NCBI GenBank assembly: GCA_965112155.1 | Contig: OZ218100.1 | Source of the DNA: Podarcis liolepis | Taxonomy: Eukaryota | Reading direction: 5' to 3' (one strand) | DNA: 64,000 bases | Shown: positions 22,991 through 36,095 of the stretch, in pieces | Layout of the letters: each line of letters starts with the position of its first letter | Position numbering within the stretch: position 1 is the first letter of the stretch | The notes under the pieces: model-generated | Told to the model about the DNA's origin: nothing | What the model saw: the letters and a program-made list of their open reading frames with translations, nothing else | Database searches by the model: none | Translations under genes and position numbers: made by a program

Positions 22991-25563
22991 GGATAGATTA
23001 GGACCTAATTTGACTTTTACCAAAAAAAAAAAAATCTTTTTAATTTTTCCCACGGCACACCAGGCAACATCTCGCGGCACACTAGTGTGCCGCGGAACAG
23101 TGGTTGGGAAACACTGACTTAGAGTAACCTCCTATCTCTCAAGCTTATAGCTTACATCTGCCCACGTTGCTTCATCTAGACAGGCACCTGGGAAAACTCT
23201 GTAACCATTGCCTTAGGTTCTGACCCAGAGCTCTTTCACCCATAGCTTCCCCAAGATTCAAGACTCCTGGCAATATATAGCAGCTTCCAGGAAATCCCTC
23301 GGTAATTAATAATTGCCCTAATTGCCCAATTCTAAATGGCTGGTGAATAATCCTTTCTTGGGCATGTCAAGGTCTATGCTGTGCACCAGCTATCTTGTTC
23401 CAGATGTTATGAAGCAGCATATTGAAGGTTTCAATTGATTTCCCTTACTTTCTTTAGTTCTGTGTTGTTTGCTCCCCCCGCTCCTTATTTCTAGGAAAGC
23501 TATGAAAAAAGGGTACTTTGCTCTTAGGGTCTGCAGCAAGAAATTGTGTTTTTCTGTGTATGTGTTGTACAAAAGCAGAGGCTACAATTGTGTAATGGTC
23601 TATTGTGGAAGGCCCATTCTCTTGCGGTAGGTTGCCCTTTAAAAGGTACTTTGTGTAGCAGGTGGTTTAGGAGATGGTGAGGAGATTCTAAGAAATGGGA
23701 GTTGAAGAGATTCAGAGAAGGAGGCTTGAACATTTGAAAGAGGAAAAGAGAGCTGAGGAGGCGGCAGAGAGAATTAGCCAAAAGAATCATCCAGAGCCTA
23801 ACAGTGCAGGAGAAAAATGAAACCACCTAACCTGGTAGCATTTATCCAGCAGCAGCTTCACCGTCTGGGAGTCTGAATTTTATTGAGATTCATCCCTCCT
23901 TTTTGGATTAAGGTTAAATACTTGCCTTAAATTGTATTTCACCAGAGTTGTTTCCCTTTCTCCCCCCTCCCCCTGCCTCAGCTTATTAAGTAAATCCAGC
24001 TGTTACTTTCCCATTTTAGTGAGTTGACTGCTAGTTTCCTCCTGTATACTTTCTGGAAGTGAAGGGACTGGAAGTGCTGGGTGCTAATTTGGGGCCTTGG
24101 CATTATGTCTCTTTACATAGTTTTGAAGCGAAATACCTAGGATCCATAGATCCCTTGCCCCCAAACAAATTAGTTGCTTGTAGGGAACTTGGGTCATGGC
24201 TGTTTGTTTGTTTGTTTCTACAAATAAATAATAAATTCTCACTGTCACATTCTGCCTTGAATTACCAGATTCTGAACATGCTGTGAGTGGCTGGAATACT
24301 GCCTGGGCAATATGGGGTGCTTCTCCTTTCTCCAGGGTTGGGGATATTTTGTCACTGTTTGTTGTATATCTTCCTTCTGCCATTCCTATGCTCTCTCTCT
24401 TTCCCCCAATCTCTCTTGCTTCAGATGGCAGAATAAAAGTATTCTCTAAACTGAAAGAGATTCCTAATTCAAGGTCCCTTGCCTAGCTTTCTGATAGGGT
24501 CTGCATCTGATAAACCGATGATTCTCTGCTTATGTCTGCATGCCTTTCCTGTCCCCTGCTTTGCACTGGTGATCAGGGATACAATATTCTTTGGCAGGGT
24601 TGCTGCTGCTGTACATTATTGGTTAGCAAAAAGTCTGATTAGCAATGATGGTGCCAGTTGTAGGCTGCCAGCTGTGAAGTAGTCGGGGCTGAAATGCCAT
24701 GTGGGGTTTCATCAGCCACTTTTTATGGCTATGGCTGAGAAACAAGGCTCCTTTTCATTTTATATGAGTAGCAATCCCCTGGAATATGATCCTGGGATAT
24801 TAATGCTGTGCATTAAGTATGATTAGGGAACTCTCCTGTCTTCAACAGTCTCTTGAATTGCTGCGTATTGTTACCGTGCCATTAATGTGATTCATCAGCT
24901 TTGAAACAGCTTGTCCATTGCAAAGGAATTATGTGAATGTATTAACTTTGTAAAGCTTTTTGAAGTTCTGCTGGCAATAATCAATATGAAGCCATGCCCA
25001 AGGCTTTTAAGGCAATTTGGCCATGCTCTTTTCTCTAGACTGAATTGCTTTTTCCCATGGAAGTATTAGTGAAGAGATAAGAAGTGATAACGTTATTGCA
25101 TTTAGCGGGTGACAAGAGTGCCAGCTGCACAGCAGTAATGCAATAGCGTAGATGCAAAGTCCTCAACATCAACAGGTGTGTATGTTTCCCCTTCACATAG
25201 GGCTTAGAAAGCATGGAAATTCTTCACCACTCGCCTACTATTCACCCATGGAACAATTCCTGAGAAATCATTTGACATCTTTCACCACCACGGTTGCATT
25301 CATATCTTTTCCCTGTTGGTGTCTTGCAGTGTAATTGTTTCTCCAGTTTTTAGGAAATGTTAGTGCTTTGGACACAACTGCAGAACAAAGCTTTCAGATG
25401 GGAGCACACTACTATTTCTTCGAGTCTTGAGGTGCAGCTTTTGATGTGGCCGGTGACAGCATGCAACCCTGCTTCTTTGTCATCTCCCAGCGCTTCTATC
25501 AGTGCCTTCCCCACCCTCTGTTCAACTTGCCAGTGGTGTGTGTGGCAGGTGGGGAGGGAGGTA

Positions 25564-25804
25564 CAGTGGTACCTCGGGTTACATACGCTTCAGGTTACAT
25601 ACGCTTCAGGTTACATACGCTTCAGGTTACAGACTCCGCTAACCCAGAAATAGTACCTTGGGTTAAGAACTTTGCTTCAGGATGAGAACAGAAATCATGC
25701 TCCGGTGGCGTGGCAGCAGCAGGAGGCCCCATTAGCTAAAGTGGTGCTTCAGGTTAAGAACGGACCTCCGGAACAAATTAAGTACTTAACCCGAGCTCCC
25801 ACTG
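25564..25804 (+). mobile_element. Tc1/mariner-type MITE, family A
   Basis: TA|CAGTGGTACCTCGGGTT...AACCCGAGCTCCCACTG|TA; tandem 16-bp GGTTACATACGCTTCA units near the 5' end. Confidence 0.88.
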
Positions 25805-25974
25805 TATGTCAGTTTCACAACTGCCTTGTTGGTTTCACAGTGATAGGGCACTCAAATTTCCATTTAAAAACAAGTCCCCTCTTTAGAACAGCAGCAGTGG
25901 TGGTGCAATTAATGTAATTTTGTCTTCTCTTTGGTGAATCCCATTTGTTTCTTGTGCTGGCTGGCAGAGGAACA

Positions 25975-26240
25975 GATTGAAAGAGATTGTAGTGCTGGAA
26001 AAGGTTCAGAAAAGGGCAACTGAAATGATTGAGGGGATGCAGCATCTCCTGTATGAGGAAACACTATAATATTTGGGCTTCTTTAATTTAGAGAGAAGGC
26101 AAGTGAAATGGGATATGATAGAGGTGTATAAAAATATGCATGGTATATTTCTCCCATGGAAGTATTAGCCAACAGAATGTGGGCAGAGAAAAATCCTCCC
26201 TTCCCCGTTTTGTAATGCTAGAACTCAAGGACATCCAGTG
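25975..26240 (+). mobile_element. Degenerate CR1 LINE ORF2 3' fragment
   Basis: CTGGAAAAGGTTCAGAAAAGGGCAACTGAAATGATT (LEKVQKRATEMI) resembles the intact CR1 at 40775. Confidence 0.7.
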
Positions 26241-26269
26241 AATAATCCATCACCACCACCACCACCATC

Positions 26270-27140
26270 ATTTATTCAATTTATGTATCACCCTTTATCA
26301 AAAGCTCTCAGGGCAGTGTACAACATTAGAAACGCATTACAAAACATCAATGATAAAAACATAGCAAAATGCATGCTGACAGACAGCCTAAGAGTAAATA
26401 ATCATAACCATCCTCTCCCCCACACTTACACAGGGCATAGATTATTTAATAGCCATAGGTAAACAACAGTGTTTTTGCCTGGCATCTGAAGACATGTAAT
26501 GATGGTGCCAGATGAGCCTCTCTGGGGAGAGCAATTGGGGAGCCGTCACAGAAGAGGCCCATCCTCTTGTTGCCACCCTCTGAACCTCTCAGAGTGGACA
26601 CATAGAGAAGAGCCTCAGATGACAAGTGCAGGGTCCAGGTTGGTTTGTATGGGGAGTGGCAATCCTTAAGGGATTGAAGTGCTGAGCTATGTTAAGTGCA
26701 ACACCAGCACTTTGAATTGGGTCCAGAAACTAATTGGCAGCCAGTGCAGTTGTGCCAGGATTCGCACCAGCTGAAGTTTCTGAACTGTCTTCAGAGGCAG
26801 CCCCATATATAATGCATGACAGTAATCCAACCTCGATGTTACCAGAGCATAAGCCACAGAAGTTAGGCTATCCCTGTCCAAATAGGGGTGTAGTTGGGCC
26901 ACCAGTTGAAGCTGACAGAGGGCACTCCCGCCACTGAGGTCACCTGGGCCTCAAGTGACAGTAGTGGATCCAGAAGCGCCCCCAAGCTACGTACTTGCTC
27001 CTTAAGAGCGAGTGTGACCCCCTCAAGAGCAGGCAATCGTCCACCCATCCAGCCCAGGGAATGATCCACTAACGGTGCCTCAGTCTTATCTGGATTGAGC
27101 TTCAGTTTACTGGCTCTCATCCAATCCATTACCAAGGCAA
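26270..27140 (-). mobile_element. L2 LINE 3' fragment (RT C-terminus plus 3'UTR), frameshifted
   Basis: ORFs 26863-27135 (WMRASKLKLNPDKTE) and 26687-26902 (ALVTSRLDYCHALYMGLPLKTVQKLQLV..LHWLPI) are typical L2 ORF2 motifs. Confidence 0.88.
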
Positions 27141-27279
27141 GACAAACAGTCCAGGCTGTAACTCTGCTGTAGTTTTAGTCCAGATCAGACTCCCACTCTT
27201 TCTTTTAATTATGGACAGATTACATTTACATGGGGATTAAGTAATGCACAATTAGCACTGAACAGGACTGGGATTAGTG

Positions 27280-27415
27280 CAGGCTTCCTCAACTTCGGCC
27301 CTCCAGATGTTTTGATATTACAATTCCCATCATCCTTGACCACTGGTCCTGCTAGCTAGGGCTCATGGGACTTGTAGGCCAAAAACATCTGGAGGGCCAA
27401 GGTTGAGGAAGCCTG
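27280..27415. mobile_element. hAT (Buster-type) MITE, 136 bp
   Basis: TIR CAGGCTTCCTCAAC / GTTGAGGAAGCCTG; perfect TSD GATTAGTG (27272-27279, 27416-27423). Confidence 0.9.
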
Positions 27416-29094
27416 GATTAGTGCTACCGTAACTAAAACATCTGCTGTTGCTTGGAAGCACCCCTGCTTGTGCATTCCCCCCTGTCACTTCTGCAACAAG
27501 GTTTTGAAGATTTGAGATGTTGCAAAAGGCTGCATAGCTTATTAACCGTCTGTTGTGGTTTACCAGGTGCTTAAATTTCTAAAGAGGAAAAGTAAAGTCA
27601 AGACAAGAATATCAAGCAACTAGGCTTCATCTTTAGCAATGAAGATGGAGAAGCCTTTAACCTTTATTTGACCATTGCAAAAGTCATTGTTTATCCTAGA
27701 ATTAGTAGCAACCCCTTTATCCTCTACCCTGATATAGCTACATATCTCCAGTGCTGGCATTGCATCTGAACGGATTCCGGTCCCAATAGCCATTGTATAT
27801 CATAAGGCTGCTCTAGGTTTCTCACATACATGGTGTGGTCCTGCCTACATTTTTTTTTATATACTGGGAGATGAAATAAGTCCATGTAGACCAGTAGAAT
27901 AGCTATGGAAGTAGCTTTGTGGCCAGCTGGGGAAGACTGAAGAGCAGAGTCCACATGGCTTGTAAACTGAAGATGCCCTATCTTCGTCATATATTAAGGA
28001 AAGGAAATAACTTGTGATAGTCATTCAAATAACTCTGATGGCCCTCTTTGAATAGGTAGTTTTTGTCTTTGTTAATTGATTGGGTCACTACCCTGTAAAG
28101 ATATGATGATGGCAAGATCTCTGAGCTTTCACAGGCTACAAAGGCATCTGGGCTACAGCTGTCCTGATTACACAACTCAGGTCTGAAATATTGGCCTTGT
28201 TCAGTTTCCTTTTCTTAGACAAAAAATATCCAACCTGCTACTCATTCTGATGGACACAATCATGAAAAAATTCATTTGTATAGTAAGTAGTAGGTACGAT
28301 GAAGCCTGCTCAAATACCCCATTAACATATACTGTATAGTAAAATTTATCCACCTAGCATCTGCCCAATCAACATCAACTGTGTGAAATGCAGAGCATAA
28401 TGTTCACCAACTGGCTACATGACTATTAACCAAGACTTGAAATGCAGCTGTGATATGGCCATGGCTCTCAGTTCTTTGTTGTTTGTCACTTTGAGGCCTC
28501 AGAAAGTACTTTGCCTTAAATCTTAATCATGATTTCACAGCTCAAGAGCTTGATGTACAAGATGGCATTAAACCTTGCTGGTAGTTTCCCCCTTTTCTTT
28601 TTTAATCCATTATGCGCTTCACATCTCTTTGCATGTGTCATAAATTGATATAAATAACACATGTTATTAATTCAGAAGGAAATTGCCCAAATAAATCAGG
28701 CAGCTTGGAACAACATGGAATACTGGTTAAACAATTGGGCATATTTTGTGTCTCTGTACAAGATGTGTTGAGGTGAAATTGGTTTTTCAATTTGTTTCCT
28801 CTAATGGATAAAACCCAGTTAAAGCAACCAAACCAAGCTGTATGTAGCATTATCAGCTTCTTATTCAAGCTGATCAAATCCCAAGTTCCTCATAAAAAGA
28901 GCACTCCTCAACAATATGTTACAGTATTATACTAAAACAAACATGCTATTTGAACTCTATGTATTCCACACTAAATTAGATCATACAAAGATTTACCCAT
29001 CCAAAAACAAATTTAGATAGCCAAGGGGGCCCTAAACTGATACATTCAAAGTAAATTGCGACGGTGCATGTTCCTTGGAAGCAAGCAGCATTTA

Positions 29095-29567
29095 CAGTGG
29101 TACCTCGGGTTACAAACACTTCAGTTTACAGATTCCGCTAACCCGGAAGTACAGTCATACCTCGGGTTAAATATGCTTCGAGTTGAGCGCGTTCGAGTTG
29201 CGCTCCTTGGCAACCCGGAAGTAACGGAGCGCGTTACTTCTGGGTTTCGCTGCTCACACATGCGCACTCAAAATGACGTCATGCACATGCGCAGAAGCGA
29301 CAAAAAGCAACATGCGCGTGCGCAGACGTGCCATCGCTAGTTACGTTTACCTCTAGATGTGAACGGGGCTCCGGAACGGATCCCATTCGTATCTAGAGGT
29401 ACCACTGTAGTACCTCGGGTTAAGAACTTTACCTCAGGATGAGAACAGAAATCGCACGGCGGCAGCAGGAGACCCCATTAGCTAAAGTGGTACCTCAAGT
29501 TAAGAATGGTTTCAGGTTAAGAATGGACCTCCAGAACAAATTAAGTTCGTAACCAGAGGTACCACTG
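29095..29567 (+). mobile_element. Family-A MITE interrupted by a second Tc1/mariner-type MITE (29152-29407)
   Basis: Outer TA|CAGTGGTACC...GGTACCACTG|TA; inner TA|CAGTCATACCTC...GAGGTACCACTG|TA; removing the inner element and one TA restores the AACCC(G/A)GAA-TAGTACCTCGGGTTAAGAAC consensus. Confidence 0.85.
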
Positions 29568-31339
29568 TACTTGGAAGCTCCAGTTGCTTTGGTGAGGGGT
29601 GTGGGTGGGGCAGAGAGAGCGAGAAGAGAAAGCAACTTTTAAAAGTAGGATCACAAATTTTGCTTCCTTTCCTCCAGTCTTTGAGGAAGACTAGTCAAAG
29701 GAAAAGCACATAAATGCCTTTGCTTTTGTAGACTTCCCCATCTGAAAGATACAACTGAATGAGTGGGAGATAATGCATAGATTCTTCCCTCGCCTCTCCT
29801 CCCACTTGTCTTTGGGAACCTCAGATTTTCTCAGAGCCTCTTGATTAGAAGTAGGAGGCATTTGGAAAGACTCTGGAATAGTACTATTTATTTTTATTTT
29901 ATTTTATTTATATACTGCCCTTCATCCAAGAAGTTTACAACAAAAAGCATTCTCAGAAGTGGACAGTCTTGTGGAGAGAGCACTCAGTGTACAGTGCCTG
30001 CTTGTGGAGTTGTATCATCCATAATACTTTACTGGTTCTAAATGCCGCACTAGTGGGGCTTTGCTGTGTGCAGTGTGATTGTAGCTATGCACACTTGCCA
30101 AGTCCAAAAGCTAGGTAGTATCTTCACTTCCATGCATTATCTCTGTGCAATGTAGGCAAAAGCATTATTCATTTTGTAAAAAGAGATCTTACAGTAAGAA
30201 TATTTCTGCTGAGGAAATTCTGCCTTGTTCTGCGTAACCAGAAAATCGAATATTTTGCATACACTTTTGCTTTCAGATTCTTCTGTGTGGCAAATACTGT
30301 TGGTTTCATGTACTATGATTGGAAAGTAACTTCTTTTTACTGGCCCGAAAGTGTTATAAATTGAATATCCTTCCCTGTTGAAGGACGGGTTCTCTGTGTA
30401 AAGCAACTGTGCAAGTAATCTTTAAGGATCTTTTTCTTTACTTTCTTTTAATGCAATAAATGCATATTTCCCCTCATATGTTGTACATGGTATGGCCAGT
30501 TTCCCTGAGAGTAGCACTTTTGTCATGGAGATATTCTATTTTCTGAGTGTGCAATGTATATCTTGTATGGGGGACAGGGGAGGGGGACATGATATTCCTG
30601 ACCTAGTTCATAAATTAGTACCATGTTTGCTCGTTGGACTGTGGTACCAACAGGATATTGTTTGTGATGACCTTGTTACCAAATATTTGGTACTTTTTAT
30701 TTATTATTTATTTGAAGGCCATGTGCAGGGAGGGGCATAGCAGCTTTCTTCTTGTACAACCAAGCTATCACCTCATTTTTTATTTTTTTTTAATGTGTGG
30801 GTGAGATATTGCCATGTAGTCACAGAAAATCCTCATAAGGATGATTGTATCAGATGTAATATTCTTCATGTTATCAGAGCATCTTTGTTTATTTTGAAGC
30901 CTCCAGAAGTCCTCAGTACTTACATTTATATGAAATGTGGGCTTGGAGAAACAGGAGAAGGCTCCTGGAATGTTAATAAGCAAAATCAGCCCTCTCCTAT
31001 CAGGTCATATAGGCCAGAGGGGCTGATTAGAAGGTTTTAATCAGCAAAGTGGATGTCAACAGGGTTGGTATTCTAAAATTAGGAACTGATTACCTGCAGC
31101 TGACATGGCCACATGTCATTATTTAAAATCTAGTTTCTTAACATCTGCCTTCACAGTATTATACATTGCCACCCACAGGCTGTTGCTGAGGAGAAGCCTC
31201 TGAATGAGCCTAAAAGTATACAGAAACCTTTATTTGCCTGCATAGACATCCAGAAAAAGGGGGTTCTCTTTTACCAGGGAGACCAAAATGGACAAACAGT
31301 TGCTTAAGAGCTGGCCCTGGTAAAAAAGGGGAGGTGAAA

Positions 31340-31795
31340 GGAGGAAAGTGAAGGTGGGTCTGGAGAAGGGGTGGAGGTAATGTTTTGCCGACTCTGCAAT
31401 CATCCTCTGAGGCCCTTCTTCATTTGCCCACTGCATGAGAGGTCCAGAGGGTGGCAACATGAGAACAGGCCTTTTCTGCAGTGGCTCCCTGCTTGTGGAA
31501 TGCTCTTCCCAGGGAGGCTCGTCTGATGCACTTTGCTTAACAACAACAACAACTTTATTTATACCCTACCCATCTGGCTGGGTTTTCCCAGCCACTCTTT
31601 AAGCACCAGATATCTTTAGGCACCAGGCAAAAACAGTCCTCTTCTCCCCCAGACCCTTGGCTAATTAAACACTCTGTGGCCTTTTAAACTGTGGGAGGGT
31701 ATTGTTTTTGTTCCATTTTTGCATTTTTATATTCTAAACTTCCCTGTGATCTTCAGATGAGGGGTGGTATAGAAATTTATTAAATAATAAAAATA
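31340..31795 (+). mobile_element. L2 LINE 3' end, degenerate
   Basis: CAGGCCTTTTCTGCAGTGGCTCCC..TGTGGAATGCTCTTCCC (RAFSxxAPxLWNALP-like) and GATGAGGGGTGGTATAGAAATTTATTAAATAA tail; similar remnants at ~41580-41800 (-) and ~46910-47225 (+). Confidence 0.65.
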
Positions 31796-34700
31796 AAAAA
31801 GAATTCACTAATTAACATTAAGAATTCACTAATGAACATACAAAGAAAATTAAGTGGAAGAATACCTTTGAGTATGGTATTAGCTGTTGGACATAATGTA
31901 TTGCAGGCAAAGGATGTGTGGGAAGAGTTGTGCTGAAGTATTGGGTCCTGTCCAGTGGAAATTTCTAACATTCAAGCCTTACATTTGGGGGAAGGTCCCA
32001 TTTATTTAAATGGAACTGTCTTTCTAATAAATATGTTAAAATTTATGGTCTAAATATATTGACCTAAATCTATTGAATCCCAGGTATTTATGCCTGCTGT
32101 GAACTGCAGTACCACTTGACAATTTCAGAGCAGATTCCAGATGCATTATGAGCTTCTGCTTTCGATTTCAAAGGTATGTGGATTCCACCTGAATTATTCC
32201 CTTGCACACACTACTGGCAGCTTAGAAATGTGTGTTCTTCTAACCTGTAGTGAGTACAAGGGGATAAATCAGGAACATGCTAGGTCTTCTCCTGTAACAG
32301 TTTGGTTGGCTTTGGCTGGTAAACGGTATTAATTGGGAACCACTAAATATAATAAATATAAAAATAAATGACAGAATATATACTGTATCCAGTTTTTAAC
32401 ATTTTTCTTTTCTCCCATAGATAAGGCCAAAGCTGTGACTTTCTAGCAGATAGCAGTCATGAGATTGATAGTCGATGAGAAAAAGTGACTGTGTGGGGTT
32501 CCTCTGCACAGTGCCAGCCAGCTGTTGATCATTTGTAAGCGCCGTGGGGTCTTATGTAGTACCAGAAACTAGGCCTGTAAGTCCTTTTGCCAGCTTTTCA
32601 CTTGGCAGGAGGAATGAAATGGGAAGAAACCTGTTTTAGAGCTGTTTTGCAAAAAGTCACAAGTGCTCGTTTTTGCATTGAGGAGGAGGGGTTCTGAGCT
32701 TTATCATTGGTCATCTGTTTGCGCACTCTAAAAAAAAATATCTAGAGCATTAAGTAGCAAACTAGGACACCTATACCTAGCCACCTTTCTAGGCAGAGAT
32801 CAAAGCAACAGGGAACTTTTAAGAGCTGCTACTGGCTTCATCAAAAGCGGCAGTCTTGATGTTCAGTTCTCCTGTGACTACACTGGGGAGCATGCATGCA
32901 CAAACTCCAAAGAATCCAGTGTATCTTGTATGACGATTCTGTGAGTGTTACAAAACATTTCTGCTCCAATCCTATACCTCCTTACCTTTGAGTAAGCCCC
33001 AGTGAACTCAGTGGGTCATGCGTTTGAGTAGGCAAGTCTAGCAATATCAATGGAGTGTCCAGTTCATCATGTGTTGCATGATGGTGGGAGAACTTTAAAT
33101 CCCCATTTGCGACTTTGTCACAACAAACTTTTAAGTTAGGTCACTGTTACTCATATTTTACAAGTGGAATACTGATAACTGGTGGCTTGGTCTAGTCCAC
33201 TTGGAGAATTCATGACCTGGCATGTATTTGAAACTAGATCTCTACTCCAGAATTCTACCTCCAGGAGCATCTTGGCTCTTAGCGTTTGAATGAAAAAGAG
33301 TAAGCATTAATTTTGGTTTTAAAATTATTTCTATTTTATTTTTTAATTTACAAAAAATGTTGTTTACAATTTTAGTATGCATGCAGTATGTATTCTAAGT
33401 GGTGGACCACTTAATGATGGAATAGCAGAAGGTATTGAGAATACTTAATTTCTATTGGATAAAAAAACACCACACAAAGGGGAGGATTAATGTTTATTGG
33501 CTGTAAAGAAGCTTCTCTGCTCTGCCAAGATTGGCAGAGAAGAATTGTTCTTTTTGCTTAGAAGCCAAGAAGAAAAAGATGGAGGGACAGAGGAGGGCTG
33601 TTCTACCTAGAAGTTTGTAAAGCACAATCTATGAGATTAGAATGGTCTGTTTTGAATAGTCTGTTGGAATAGGGTAGGACTGATTCCATCCAGCATTCCC
33701 AGTTGGGGCTGGGAGTGGGAGAGGCCACTGCTTGAAATTCTGGAGTGCCGGTGTTGACAGTACTGAGCTAGATGGATAAGTGGCCGAATTAGGTATACAT
33801 CAGTTAGCTCCCTATGTTTAAAATTGGGAAATATTTATGTTTCAACTATGTAGCAAAGACCTGTTCTTTGTTTTTAACATTGTAAAAACTGTGGTATTCA
33901 AGTTTGGGAGAATCCTGCACTTACCACAACACTACCAAAAGGTTGTCTTTTAAGAGGTGGCTATATTTGTAGCAGAGGTGACTACATCTAGTTTTAGGCG
34001 ACAGGCCAGAACTTTCATTTTTACCTGTGCTTTTGGCCTTTAATTTGAAGTTTTAAAGTGTTTGTGGCATCTTTGGATAAGGCAGAATCTGCTAGACCTC
34101 TCATATTTGCATAATGTGGTGTTTCCTCACCTATTGATTGTGTTTATTATCATTGATTTTAGTATTTCTGTTGTGTTTGTAAATTTAACAACAATAATAG
34201 AAATCAGATAATTATTTTCAGAAAAAGTCAGCAGTGGCAGCTACTGTGTTTGTAAATGAGATCAGTAGTCCTGCAAACTGGAAAAATATAAAATATCAGT
34301 GAATAAGTACATGGGGTGATCTGGATGCTGCACAGTGTAACTAGCCATGATCAAAAGCAATTAAGGCAAAGTAAAATAAGGGTTGATTAGCTAGTAGTTG
34401 ACTAGTAGAAAGATTATTGATGTATTTATATCTCTAGACTGAGAATAACATACCTGATACTGCAGGGGATTGGACTAGATGACCCTTTGGGTCCTTCCAA
34501 CTTTACAATTCTATGATATGATAGGTATCTGCTAGAAAACTACATCAGGATGCTAGATGAGGAGGTGCACAAGGAAGCAAAGAACATGAGCTAGCACGGT
34601 TAGATTCTTTCACAGTCAGTCAACTTATTTTGTCCACAACATTGACATGACACTGTTCTTCTGGTTCCAATTAAGACAGTATAGATTGCATCAGGGAGCA

Positions 34701-35928
34701 GCTTGGGCCTTACATAGCAACTGCTTCTCTTCTTCTTAGGAAATCCCAGTTCCATATTTGGAGAACCACGGATTTAAATAGAATGAGACAGGATGTGATT
34801 GGTATATATTCCCGGTTTAACATATTAAAAATTGATAACACTGATACACCCAGGGATGAATTTTTCCATCTCCAAATGCAGAACATTATTATGTTGCTCT
34901 TTCTCTGCTCTCTATTTCTCTCCCGTTTTTGTACTTGGTAAGTCACTAAAGCTCCTTTGAACATACTGAGTATTAGATAGGGGATTATCGTGCCCTCTTT
35001 TTTAATACCAGGCATATTTGATCAAATTCATTTACTGTAGTAGTAGTGGTAGTAATAATAATAATAATTTAAAAAAAACAACCCTGGACAGTGTGAGCAA
35101 GTAATGGTGTGACTGAAGAGCAGCTTATTCATATTTCTGAGAATCAAATGTTTAAAGTCAAACAGAAAAGGACCTTTTAATCTTTTGGAGCTAACGCTGA
35201 GTCTTGTGTTAAGTAGCAGTTGCTGAGAAATATTTTGTTGAAGGAATCCCAAGAATTGAAGCTTCTTATCCGAGGAATAATAGCTGAAGAAATAATTATC
35301 TCCTCTTCCTGTTTTGCTTTGTGCTAACCAAAAGACTCATTTGTGGAGGCTTGACAACCCGTTTATTCCTCTTGGTTTTATTTTGTTTTGTTTTATTGCG
35401 TTTATATCCCTCCTTTCGTCCATGGAGTTCAAAGTGGAGTAGATGGTTCTCCGTGTCATCTCCTGATGATATTCTCACAACCCTGTGAGGTACATTAGGC
35501 TAAGAGGCAGTGACCATCTCAGTGTGCTTCATGGCTGAGTCCAGGGACTTGAACTCTGGTTTTCCAGGATTTAGTCCAACACTCTACACTGTCTCTCAGT
35601 TTACAGACTTGCTGACAAGTTTCATTCATCATTATGGAATCAGTGGTCGCTCTGGTGTATGTACCCTACCCACCCACCTTTCCTACTTTTATTTAAGACC
35701 TATTGTGTCACTTTCAGGTCCTGCATGTTATGTGATTTAATTTTTTTAAAAAAGGTTTTGAAATATTTTTCACACCAAAGTTGTAAAACGAGAGTATATT
35801 GTCAGTACGTGATACTGAACAAGATCTGCCATCTCATTTGGCACCCTCAGTTTCAATGTGCACAGTTGTACAGTCCTGCTATTTCAGTACATGTGTGTAT
35901 ATATAATTCTTTATTTTTTATTTTACAG

Positions 35929-36064
35929 AATTGGAAGCACCCAAGGAGTCCCAACTCAAATAAGTGACAGATGGCTTGCTAGACTGCCATAGCCAAACTG
36001 CGGCACCAGATGCAGCCCAAATTGCCAAGTTGAGGGAGTGCCTGTACATACTGTATGTATGCAT

Positions 36065-36095
<31 letters not shown>

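Larger units (their letters stand above)
21984..23116. mobile_element. Non-autonomous hAT (Buster/Charlie-type) DNA transposon carrying captured host-gene sequence (Pack-hAT), 1133 bp
   Basis: Perfect 15-bp TIRs CAGTGTTTCCCAACC (21984-21998) / GGTTGGGAAACACTG (23102-23116); perfect 8-bp TSD ACTTAGAG (21976-21983, 23117-23124; nnnTAnnn pattern); subterminal GGCACAC motifs at both ends; no transposase; interior is CpG-rich cargo. Confidence 0.93.

Noticed and set aside
25577-25631. Short direct repeats resembling a CRISPR-like array
   Set aside because: Head-to-tail 16-bp units without spacers inside a MITE, in a eukaryotic genome
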